DNA of 37,478 nt from Hydrurus foetidus (lineage: Eukaryota). This document shows positions 21,401-30,961 of the stretch, piece by piece. The notes below the pieces were generated by a model. The model was not told where the DNA came from. It ran no database searches and saw only the letters and a program-made list of their open reading frames with translations. Position 1 is the stretch's first letter, and every line of letters begins with the position of its first letter. The stretch is taken from assembly GCA_900617105.1 (NCBI GenBank), contig UYFQ01000230.1:1-37478 (forward strand), read 5' to 3'. The position numbers were made by a program, and so were the translations under genes.

Positions 21401-21876
21401 AACCAATGCCTCCAGCACCACAGTCTTATGCATTGCAGACAAGCCCAATCACGACATCATATTCACGTATGAGTGCCATCAACAGAGAGGACCTGCTTAG
21501 TGAGACGACTGACCACACTGAAGAAAATGACATTCCATGGCGACTTCTACGTATTCTCTCTTTGGCTATTATCTACGACTTTATGTCATTCTGCGCTCAA
21601 CTACTTCGTGATGCAGTGCAAATGCAAGCTGACGAATCCCAGACAAGAGCAAATGTGATATTCACATTGAATACATATCGATCCAACGCACAGTTCTTGG
21701 ATCAGATAGTCTTCCACGATGCTTTTTCTGCAATCATCAACAACATCAAACCAATGCCTCCAGCACCACAGTCTTATGCATTGCAGACAAGCCCAATCAC
21801 GACATCATATTCACGTATGAGTGCCATCAACAGAGAGGACCTGCTCAGTGAGACGACTGACCACACTGAAGAAAAT
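9359..21876 (+). repeat. Tandem array of 36 near-identical 348-bp units derived from the Copia-1 coding region
   Basis: Unit GACATTCCATGG...GAAGAAAAT. 12518 bp = 36x348 minus 10 single-base deletions. Unit = 116 codons, giving repetitive ORFs up to 967 aa. Confidence 0.97.
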
Positions 21877-22233
21877 GATGATGACAATGATGATGATGAT
21901 GACGATGAATACAGTGACGATGAATCAGAGGGTGATGACATAGACATGACTCCACCGGGATCATCATCTGATCATCACAGGAGATGCCAAGAAGACCTGA
22001 CCCGATACAATCACCCATACCTTATGGGTCATAAACGCAGTCTATGGGCGTCAATCCACACTGATACCAAGCGTCCAGCACGCAGGAAGATTACCAAAAC
22101 ATCAGATGACAATGAGTTCAAGGAGACACCGGGAACATCCAGCTCAATGCATGCTCCACCAATGCTTCAAGACCATCTCTTGTTAATGATGATATTGTTC
22201 CAGCACTTAAGACTGCTGGTGTACCTCGTATGA
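21877..22233 (+). pseudogene. Copia-1 polyprotein acidic/disordered linker after the array, with a frameshift near 22100-22170
   Basis: DDDNDDDDDDEYSDDESE tract continues the array frame; the -1 frame (…STNASRPSLVNDDIVPALK…) is open into the ORF at 22230. Confidence 0.6.
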
Positions 22234-22895
22234 TTGCACCAGTCCAATATCCAGTCAATGAGGAAGAGCAGCAGACATTGCAACTGGAGCATCCTCCCAT
22301 GGCATTCGACTCTCAGCAATCTACACAAGATATTTTGCATCCTCCAATGGCAGATCTGGCAACCCCTGAGCCATATCGAATGCGCGCTCCACCAGCCATA
22401 TCGCCATCAAGGGATTCAGTGTCTGCCACACGTCGTGCAAAAGCAAGAGCACTGGCTGAGAAAAAGAGTCTCAACTTACTTACAGTTACAGACAAAGATA
22501 GCAAATTCATGTCATTCAAGAAGACAAGTCACAAGACAGTTATTGACAGTGGTGCATCTACATCTAGTACTGGATTGCGCAGCAGCCTCCGTGACCTTAG
22601 ACCTACATCATGCAGTGTCTCAGCAGCTTTCGGGGAGACTGCCCAGCCTACTGAGATGGGACTACTCCCACCATTCATGCTCAAGACTATTGTCATCGAC
22701 CAAATGAATGATACCACACTGCTCTCAGTGTCTCAAGCGTGTGCAAAGGGATTTGTGGGCATCTTCACCTCTAAGGACTGCAAGTTCTTTAATGCGATAG
22801 ATGTCATCCCACACCTTCAGACAATTTCAAAGACAGCTCACCCAGTTATGAGTGGCAAGGTAGAGGAAGGCCTCTACTTGCTTGACTCTAACTGA
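22230..22895 (+). CDS. Copia-1 aspartic protease region
   Basis: VIDSGAS active site; LLSVSQ and G..EEGLYLLD motifs typical of the Copia PR region. Confidence 0.88.
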   Translation: MIAPVQYPVNEEEQQTLQLEHPPMAFDSQQSTQDILHPPMADLATPEPYRMRAPPAISPSRDSVSATRRAKARALAEKKSLNLLTVTDKDSKFMSFKKTSHKTVIDSGASTSSTGLRSSLRDLRPTSCSVSAAFGETAQPTEMGLLPPFMLKTIVIDQMNDTTLLSVSQACAKGFVGIFTSKDCKFFNAIDVIPHLQTISKTAHPVMSGKVEEGLYLLDSN

Positions 22896-24272
22896 GTGCA
22901 ACCGGCTCAACTCTTGGTCACGAGTGTAAAGGAGCTTTCGATTTACGACCACGTGCATCGCGTACTAGGACACCCTGGCGAAGAGGGTATGGCCTGGCAC
23001 CGACAGCACACCATAGGAGCACACTACTCCAACTTGGATGCATCTACACCAAGACCAATATGCGCAGCATGCGTACAGGGTACGATGCGACAGACCTCTA
23101 CGGACCATCTTCGTATACACCGTTTGCCATCTCCTTGCTACGGCAGTCAATTCTCACTTGACGCGTATACACATACACACCGGTCACAGGCCGGTTATAA
23201 GTACTGCGATATCATCACGGACTTATCTACAAGACGAAGTTATCCATGCTTCACGAAAGACCGGGGAGCTGCAGAACTTGTTAAAAGCTTCTCCACCCTC
23301 TTCCAATCACATCCTGAGTGGAAGCCCTCGCTTCCAGGCGTAGACCGATTCATCAGAGCCGATGCAGAGAAATCTTATCGGTCAGCTGAATTCCTTCAAT
23401 GCCTACACAACTTTGGATATCGACTTGAGCCAACACCACCTCGCGACAAACATGCAAATGGAATCGCAGAACGTGCAGTAGGCGTCTTATCGATGAAGTG
23501 CAACATCACCATGCAACCTTTAGGGATGACAGTACCACAGAAGTTTTGGGATCTTGCCTTTGAGTATACATGCATCACCCATGCATTCAATTACCATTCA
23601 GCAATCAAGACATCACTGTATCATCTCATCACTGGAAAGCATGTAATCCTCAAGAACCTCAAGGCCTTTTGGAGCTTATGTTGGGTTCACATCGCGCTTG
23701 AAGATAGGAAAGGTAAAATCGGTTTTCCTCGTGCATACAAAGCCAGATTCGTTGGTTACGATTTATCAAGAACGCTCGAGCCTTGTTTTAAGGTAATCGA
23801 AATACTACCAACCGGAATCTTCGGCAAAATTAGGACAAGTAAGGACGTCATTTTCGACAAAGACAATAATTATAATTACACGGACGAGTACCCATCCGAT
23901 CTTGATTTTTCTAATTTACACCAGAATATCAATAATGATAGCTCTGCAGTCCTACCAGCTAACAAGGTAGTTGAAAAAGATTCTGAACAACAACTAGCAA
24001 CTCCAGCTATTCCAATACACCCTGTACCTGTAATACCTTGCATTATTCAGAATCGAACTCCTGAAAATCCTATTCCAGTGAATAATAATCCAAATGTCAT
24101 TAACAATAACAAAAATGTTAATAAATCTGGATCGACTAATATCAAATCAACAAAACAGAATATACCGTTTGATCCAACACCAATTAGAGATACAAATAAC
24201 AAATCCGACATCGATGATAATGACATTTGTCAGCTTATATCAGCGATAAGTGCTATTTATAGCTGTATATAG
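22896..24272 (+). CDS. Copia-1 integrase (GAG-pre-integrase HHCC plus DDE core), truncated by Copia-2 LTR at 24228
   Basis: HRVLGH...CAAC; SLDAY, RADAEKSY, NGIAERAV; FWDLA; ARFVGY; SKDVIFD. In frame with PR across TGA 22893-22895. Confidence 0.92.
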   Translation: MQPAQLLVTSVKELSIYDHVHRVLGHPGEEGMAWHRQHTIGAHYSNLDASTPRPICAACVQGTMRQTSTDHLRIHRLPSPCYGSQFSLDAYTHTHRSQAGYKYCDIITDLSTRRSYPCFTKDRGAAELVKSFSTLFQSHPEWKPSLPGVDRFIRADAEKSYRSAEFLQCLHNFGYRLEPTPPRDKHANGIAERAVGVLSMKCNITMQPLGMTVPQKFWDLAFEYTCITHAFNYHSAIKTSLYHLITGKHVILKNLKAFWSLCWVHIALEDRKGKIGFPRAYKARFVGYDLSRTLEPCFKVIEILPTGIFGKIRTSKDVIFDKDNNYNYTDEYPSDLDFSNLHQNINNDSSAVLPANKVVEKDSEQQLATPAIPIHPVPVIPCIIQNRTPENPIPVNNNPNVINNNKNVNKSGSTNIKSTKQNIPFDPTPIRDTNNKSDIDDNDICQLISAISAIYSCI

Positions 24273-24744
24273 CCGTTATAATCATCAATATGTAGCTAGG
24301 AATATCTCATACGTAAGTACATATATGCAGTCCGTAACTACATACAATGATCACTTTAAGTCGCTTCCTCAATGCTTATCGTATCATGTGTAGTGTCATT
24401 GTTGTGGGTTCATGACCGCATATTTAGTATAGATTCCAGATTTTATGGTATGAGGGTACGAGAACTTTTCCATGTGTGATGTATGGTTTGAAGTATATCT
24501 CGTCGCTCGTCAACGTAGGCTTAAATCTACGAGTTCAAATTCAAATCTGAAATGGATGACGAATGAGATCTTATTGACTTGCGGCAGGTAGAATGATGTT
24601 CATCATGCAACGTCTTTTCAATTCGCATGTGTTTAGTTTCTAATTCTTAACGAATATTCGATACTCAACTCCCAAACTTCTTCGCCTGGTCGCTTGTGCT
24701 ATTGGCCTCCTGCGACCTCATTGATCGTCCCTGATCAACTGACA
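24228..24744 (+). repeat. Copia-2 5' LTR, full length (517 bp)
   Basis: Terminal inverted repeats TGTCAG...CTGACA, directly followed by a TGG PBS and gag. Confidence 0.82.
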
Positions 24745-24753
24745 TGGTAGCGA
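24745..24753 (+). other. Primer binding site TGGTAGCGA, initiator tRNA-Met-like; repeated at 27834, 30905, 33975, 37333
   Basis: TGG immediately after the LTR-terminal CA; TGGTAGC matches the 3' end GCUACCA typical of eukaryotic tRNAiMet. Confidence 0.75.
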
Positions 24754-24801
24754 TTGAAGCCTGAAGACTTCAAAGATAAGTTACCCGATTCCCCGACCAA
24801 A

Positions 24802-27062
24802 ATGATGCGGACAAGATCTGGCGCTGGTGGAAATTCACCTGATGCCGACGACGATTTCAGCGAGGAGATTACCGATGATGGCCCTCCTCCACTGCAAAGC
24901 GATATGTCCGATATGGATCCTGCCTTGGAAGAGCAGGTGCTTGAAACCAACGTTGACGTTGTGATTGATAGCTCTGCCTTCCAGGCAGCTGTAGATAGGG
25001 AAGTTGCCCGAGTTCTTAGGCAGAGAGAGAATGATGCGAAGGTTGATGCCCCTTATGGGACAGTCGACATTGCTCTACGGGCGGATCTGCCGTTGCGCGA
25101 TCAGCCCCACTCTCGAACCCTATTACCTCGGGCGAATCCACCCATTGTGAGAATGTCCAGCGCGTATATGTCCGAGAATGTTGAACAAAGTAGCATAAGA
25201 AAAATCAATCCAATGAATAATGAGGGGGGAAACTCTGGCAAAAATTTTTCCAACCCTATGAATATTGATCGATTCAGCTATTCCAACAACAATATTTCTC
25301 AACAACGACGCGATTCTGATGCGTGGACCCAAAATTATAGTCGGCGCGAAAGTCCTAGTTGGAATAATAATAATAGTTCTCAACAACAACGCAGTCCGAA
25401 TAATAACAACACATCTAATAGATCCCAGCAAGAACGTGCGGAAAATATTAGACAATCCTCTTCTCCTTCAAATATTCATGAGTATGAATCTGAGGAAAGT
25501 TACAATAGAAGAACGCCAAAACTTCGGCATAGATTAGTCCCTCAGACTACGTACATCAAAGTTGCGCAAGTCTTCATAAGTGAATGTGAAAAGAACAAGA
25601 TAGATATGCATACCCCCGACAAATTTCGTCGATTACGGGGATTACATGCTACATTAGCCAATGCTGATTTACTTACTCTCTTGACCGGACACCGTCCGCA
25701 ACCTGTCATAGATCTTGAAGTAAATAAGTACGGTTACTCAGAAAGCCGTGTAATTAACATACCTGTTCTTTCCCAAACTGATGAGGATTCTTCATCTGTC
25801 TTCTCTACGAATAACACAACTCATTTCGAGGACGTTATGTTGAAAGAAGACGATGCCTTTAAGTTTAAGTATGATAATGAGAGATTGTATTCATTGGTAT
25901 TCGCCATGTTTCATCAAAATCTTCACCATCATGTTACAATCCAAAGCGAATCCACCCGCAATGGGATTAATGCATATCATGATATTCATCAATTTGTGTT
26001 CGGTCAGAAGCAAATCGATATTAAGTTCGCCAAACGCGCTCTTGAAAATCATAAAGTAAATATACATTCCCCAATGCGGACAGAATATTCTCGATGGGAA
26101 ACTGCGTTCTCTAACCTCGAGCATGCCCAAATGCGGCGCCTAACTGAAGTTGAAAAATATCTTGGCTATCAGATCAATTCAAAGATGATCCGAGATCCCA
26201 AATACAATCCTGCTTCGTTTCCAGTGCGTCCAGTAATGAATCTTATAGTCTGATTATAGAAAAACTTCTCCGTACATACGATCTCATATCCGAAAATACC
26301 ACATCTCGTGTTGCAAGTTTCGATACCTCCAATATGACTTCCAGTAGTACCGAGCCTCATATCCTATATCAAAATACTCTTTCAAATTCTAGTGCCCCTC
26401 CTCCAAATCTTCCCCTTCAAAACAAATATAAACCTAATAACAATTATGACCCCAATAAGTCAGCCAGTCAAAAGAATGCCAAGACTCAACCACCAAAAGT
26501 TGACAGTCGCAATAGTGACAAAAAGAGATTAGCTGCCGGAGGCTTCTGTTTTAAGTTCAATATGGATGTTTGCCCTAAGTCGGCTCAAGAATGTAAATAT
26601 AAGCATGAAATTATGCCGCAAGACTTTCGACCTCCTACACCTCCTCGTCGTGATAATTATCCGGTATCCTCGGCCAAAACCCAACCGGCTAATCCCGTAT
26701 ATCCTAACCCAAGTTTCAAGTTAACTCAAATTCAACTTGATTCTGTGGGACCTATGTCTGGCAATGCTCATGGCAGATATGCTGGCGGATATTCTCAAAA
26801 TCAAATTAAGAAATTAAAGACCTTGGAAGAGGTACTAAATCAAGCCACTACACCCACTGAGCATCGTGTTCAAGCGTTCTCCAGTTGGGGTAATCCATCT
26901 CAGCCTGCATACACAACACATGGTGAGAAAGCTAATACACTAATGAGAATCCGAATCGACCCGAATAATCAGCGTATATTAAAGACGCAACGGTTAGATA
27001 ACTCTTGTCCTCAAGAACATCAAGGCCTTTCGGAGCTTATGTTGGGTTCACATCGCGCTTGA
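24802..27062 (+). pseudogene. gag: Copia-2 gag copy 1 (frameshift in A-run near 26155; truncated at 27007)
   Basis: MMRTRSG start; ORFs 24754-26253 and 26334-27062; C-x7-C-x6-C-x3-H at 26547-26606; homologous to Copia-1 Gag. Confidence 0.82.
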
Positions 27063-27587
27063 AGATAGGAAAGGAAAAATCGGTTTTCCTCGTGCATACA
27101 AAGCCAGATTCGTTGGTTACGATTTATCGAGAACGCTCGAGCCTTGTTTTAAGGTAATCGAAATACTACCAACCGGAATCTTCGGCAAAATTAGGACAAG
27201 TAAGGACGTCATTTTCGACAAAGACAATAATTATAATTACACGGACGAGTACCCATCCGATCTTGATTTTTCTAATTTACACCAGAATATCAATAATGAT
27301 AGCTCTGCAGTCCTACCAGCTAACAAGGTAGTTGAAAAGATTCTGAACAACAACTAGCAACTCCAGCTATTCCAATACACCCTGTACCTGTAATACCTTG
27401 CATTATTCAGAATCGAACTCCTGAAAATCCTATTCCAGTGAATAATAATCCAAATGTCATTAACAATAACAAAAATGTTAATAAATCTGGATCGACTAAT
27501 ATCAAATCAACAAAACAGAATATACCGTTTGATCCAACACCAATTAGAGATACAAATAACAAATCCGACATCGATGATAATGACATT
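27008..27587 (+). pseudogene. Duplicated Copia-1 integrase C-terminal fragment
   Basis: Near-identical to 23647-24227. Confidence 0.85.
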
Positions 27588-27833
27588 TGTCAGCTTATAT
27601 CAGCGATAAGTGCTATTTATAGCTGTATATAGCCGTTATAATCATCAATATGTAGCTAGGAATATCTCATACGTAAGTACAATGATGTTCATCATGCAAC
27701 GTCTTTTCAATTCGCATGTGTTTAGTTTCTAATTCTTAACGAATATTCGATACTCAACTCCCAAACTTCTTTGCCTGGTCGCTTGTGCTATTGGCCTCCT
27801 GCGACCTCATTGATCGTCCCTGATCAACTGACA
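27588..27833 (+). repeat. Copia-2 LTR, internally deleted (246 bp)
   Basis: Same termini; lacks the 271 bp equivalent to 24321-24591. Confidence 0.82.
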
Positions 27834-27890
27834 TGGTAGCGATTGAAGCCTGAAGACTTCAAAGATAAGTTACCCGATTCCCCGACCAAA

Positions 27891-30151
27891 ATGATGCGGA
27901 CAAGATCTGGCGCTGGTGGAAATTCACCTGATGCCGACGACGATTTCAGCGAGGAGATTACCGATGATGGCCCTCCTCCACTGCAAAGCGATATGTCCGA
28001 TATGGATCCTGCCTTGGAAGAGCAGGTGCTTGAAACCAACGTTGACGTTGTGATTGATAGCTCTGCCTTCCAGGCAGCTGTAGATAGGGAAGTTGCCCGA
28101 GTTCTTAGGCAGAGAGAGAATGATGCGAAGGTTGATGCCCCTTATGGGACAGTCGACATTGCTCTACGGGCGGATCTGCCGTTGCGCGATCAGCCCCACT
28201 CTCGAACCCTATTACCTCGGGCGAATCCACCCATTGTGAGAATGTCCAGCGCGTATATGTCCGAGAATGTTGAACAAAGTAGCATAAGAAAAATCAATCC
28301 AATGAATAATGAGGGGGGAAACTCTGGCAAAAAATTTTCCAACCCTATGAATATTGATCGATTCAGCTATTCCAACAACAATATTTCTCAACAACGACGC
28401 GATTCTGATGCGTGGACCCAAAATTATAGTCGGCGCGAAAGTCCTAGTTGGAATAATAATAATAGTTCTCAACAACAACGTAGTCCGAATAATAACAACA
28501 CATCTAATAGATCCCAGCAAGAACGTGCGGAAAATATTAGACAATCCTCTTCTCCTTCAAATATTCATGAGTATGAATCTGAGGAAAGTTACAATAGAAG
28601 AACGCCAAAACTTCGGCATAGATTAGTCCCTCAGACTACGTACATCAAAGTTGCGCAAGTCTTCATAAGTGAATGTGAAAAGAACAAGATAGATATGCAT
28701 ACCCCCGACAAATTTCGTCGATTACGGGGATTACATGCTACATTAGCCAATGCTGATTTACTTACTCTCTTGACCGGACACCGTCCGCAACCTGTCATAG
28801 ATCTTGAAGTAAATAAGTACGGTTACTCAGAAAGCCGTGTAATTAACATACCTGTTCTTTCCCAAACTGATGAGGATTCTTCATCTGTCTTCTCTACGAA
28901 TAACACAACTCATTTCGAGGACGTTATGTTGAAAGAAGACGATGCCTTTAAGTTTAAGTATGATAATGAGAGATTGTATTCATTGGTATTCGCCATGTTT
29001 CATCAAAATCTTCACCATCATGTTACAATCCAAAGCGAATCCACCCGCAATGGGATTAATGCATATCATGATATTCATCAATTTGTGTTCGGTCAGAAGC
29101 AAATCGATATTAAGTTCGCCAAACGCGCTCTTGAAAATCATAAAGTAAATATACATTCCCCAATGCGGACAGAATATTCTCGATGGGAAACTGCGTTCTC
29201 TAACCTCGAGCATGCCCAAATGCGGCGCCTAACTGAAGTTGAAAAATATCTTGGCTATCAGATCAATTCAAAGATGATCCGAGATCCCAAATACAATCCT
29301 GCTTCGTTTCCAGTGCGTCCAGTAATGAATCTTATAGTCTGATTATAGAAAAACTTCTCCGTACATACGATCTCATATCCGAAAATACCACATCTCGTGT
29401 TGCAAGTTTCGATACCTCCAATATGACTTCCAGTAGTACCGAGCCTCATATCCTATATCAAAATACTCTTTCAAATTCTAGTGCCCCTCCTCCAAATCTT
29501 CCCCTTCAAAACAAATATAAACCTAATAACAATTATGACCCCAATAAGTCAGCCAGTCAAAAGAATGCCAAGACTCAACCACCAAAAGTTGACAGTCGCA
29601 ATAGTGACAAAAAGAGATTAGCTGCCGGAGGCTTCTGTTTTAAGTTCAATATGGATGTTTGCCCTAAGTCGGCTCAAGAATGTAAATATAAGCATGAAAT
29701 TATGCCGCAAGACTTTCGACCTCCTACACCTCCTCGTCGTGATAATTATCCGGTATCCTCGGCCAAAACCCAACCGGCTAATCCCGTATATCCTAACCCA
29801 AGTTTCAAGTTAACTCAAATTCAACTTGATTCTGTGGGACCTATGTCTGGCAATGCTCATGGCAGATATGCTGGCGGATATTCTCAAAATCAAATTAAGA
29901 AATTAAAGACCTTGGAAGAGGTACTAAATCAAGCCACTACACCCACTGAGCATCGTGTTCAAGCGTTCTCCAGTTGGGGTAATCCATCTCAGCCTGCATA
30001 CACAACACATGGTGAGAAAGCTAATACACTAATGAGAATCCGAATCGACCCGAATAATCAGCGTATATTAAAGACGCAACGGTTAGATAACTCTTGTCCT
30101 CAAGAACATCAAGGCCTTTCGGAGCTTATGTTGGGTTCACATCGCGCTTGA
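27891..30151 (+). pseudogene. gag: Copia-2 gag copy 2 (same A-run frameshift as copy 1)
   Basis: ORFs 27843-29342 and 29423-30151. Confidence 0.82.
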
Positions 30152-30659
30152 AGATAGGAAAGGTAAAATCGGTTTTCCTCGTGCATACAAAGCCAGATTC
30201 GTTGGTTACGAGCCTTGTTTTAAGGTCATTGAAATACTACCAACCGGAATCTTCGGCAAAATTAGGACAAGTAAGGACGTCATTTTCGACAAAGACAATA
30301 ATTATAATTACACGGACGAGTACCCATCCGATCTTGATTTTTCTAATTTACACCAGAATATCAATAATGATAGCTCTGCAGTCCTACCAGCTAACAAGGT
30401 AGTTGAAAAAGATTCTGAACAACAACTAGCAACTCCAGCTATTCCAATACACCCTGTACCTGTAATACCTTGCATTATTCAGAATCGAACTCCTGAAAAT
30501 CCTATTCCAGTGAATAATAATCCAAATGTCATTAACAATAACAAAAATGTTAATAAATCTGGATCGACTAATATCAAATCAACAAAACAGAATATACCGT
30601 TTGATCCAACACCAATTAGAGATACAAATAACAAATCCGACATCGATGATAATGACATT
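30097..30659 (+). pseudogene. Duplicated integrase C-terminal fragment with 18-bp deletion
   Basis: GGTTACGAGCC versus GGTTACGATTTATCGAGAACGCTCGAGCC in unit 2. Confidence 0.85.
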
Positions 30660-30904
30660 TGTCAGCTTATATCAGCGATAAGTGCTATTTATAGCTGTAT
30701 ATAGCCGTTATAATCATCAATATGTAGCTAGGAATATCTCATACGTAAGTACAATGATGTTCATCATGCAACGTCTTTTCAATTCGCATGTGTTTAGTTT
30801 CTAATTCTTAACGAATATTCGATACTCAACTCCCAAACTTCTTTGCCTGGTCGCTTGTGCTCTTGGCCTCCTGCGACCTCATTGATCGTCCTGATCAACT
30901 GACA
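30660..30904 (+). repeat. Copia-2 LTR, internally deleted (245 bp)
   Basis: TGTCAG...CTGACA; same 271-bp deletion. Confidence 0.82.
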
Positions 30905-30961
30905 TGGTAGCGATTGAAGCCTGAAGACTTCAAAGATAAGTTACCCGATTCCCCGACCAAA

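Larger units (their letters stand above)
1..24227 (+). mobile_element. Ty1/Copia-type LTR retrotransposon 'Copia-1', internal region; 5' end outside window, interrupted by the Gypsy element, the 348-bp array and Copia-2
   Basis: Domain order Gag-PR(VIDSGAS)-GAG-pre-integrase(HRVLGH...CAAC)-IN(DDE) is the Copia order; RT/RH are not within the window. Confidence 0.88.

Noticed and set aside
9650..21658. Many identical 61-aa ORFs (MPSTERTCLV…) as a small-peptide gene family
   Set aside because: Alternative-frame by-products of the repeat unit, starting at GTG, with no independent support.
9359..21876. CRISPR array or host repeat-protein gene
   Set aside because: Units are contiguous 348-bp copies with no unique spacers and no cas genes. 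The long ORFs result from an in-frame unit inside a retrotransposon polyprotein and are broken by stops and frameshifts.
21877..21940. GAT/GAC microsatellite as an independent repeat
   Set aside because: It encodes the poly-Asp acidic tract of the Copia-1 polyprotein in frame.
2286..22895. Alternative genetic code explaining the in-frame TAG and TGA
   Set aside because: Long ORFs of 450-1050 aa contain no other internal stops, and TAG ends pol right after the chromodomain. The stops sit only at domain boundaries.
24313..24591. The 271-bp LTR indel as a precisely lost spliceosomal intron (GTAAGT…AG)
   Set aside because: Deleted copies retain GTAAGTAC. The removed segment starts 8 nt after the GT, so it does not match GT-AG splicing.
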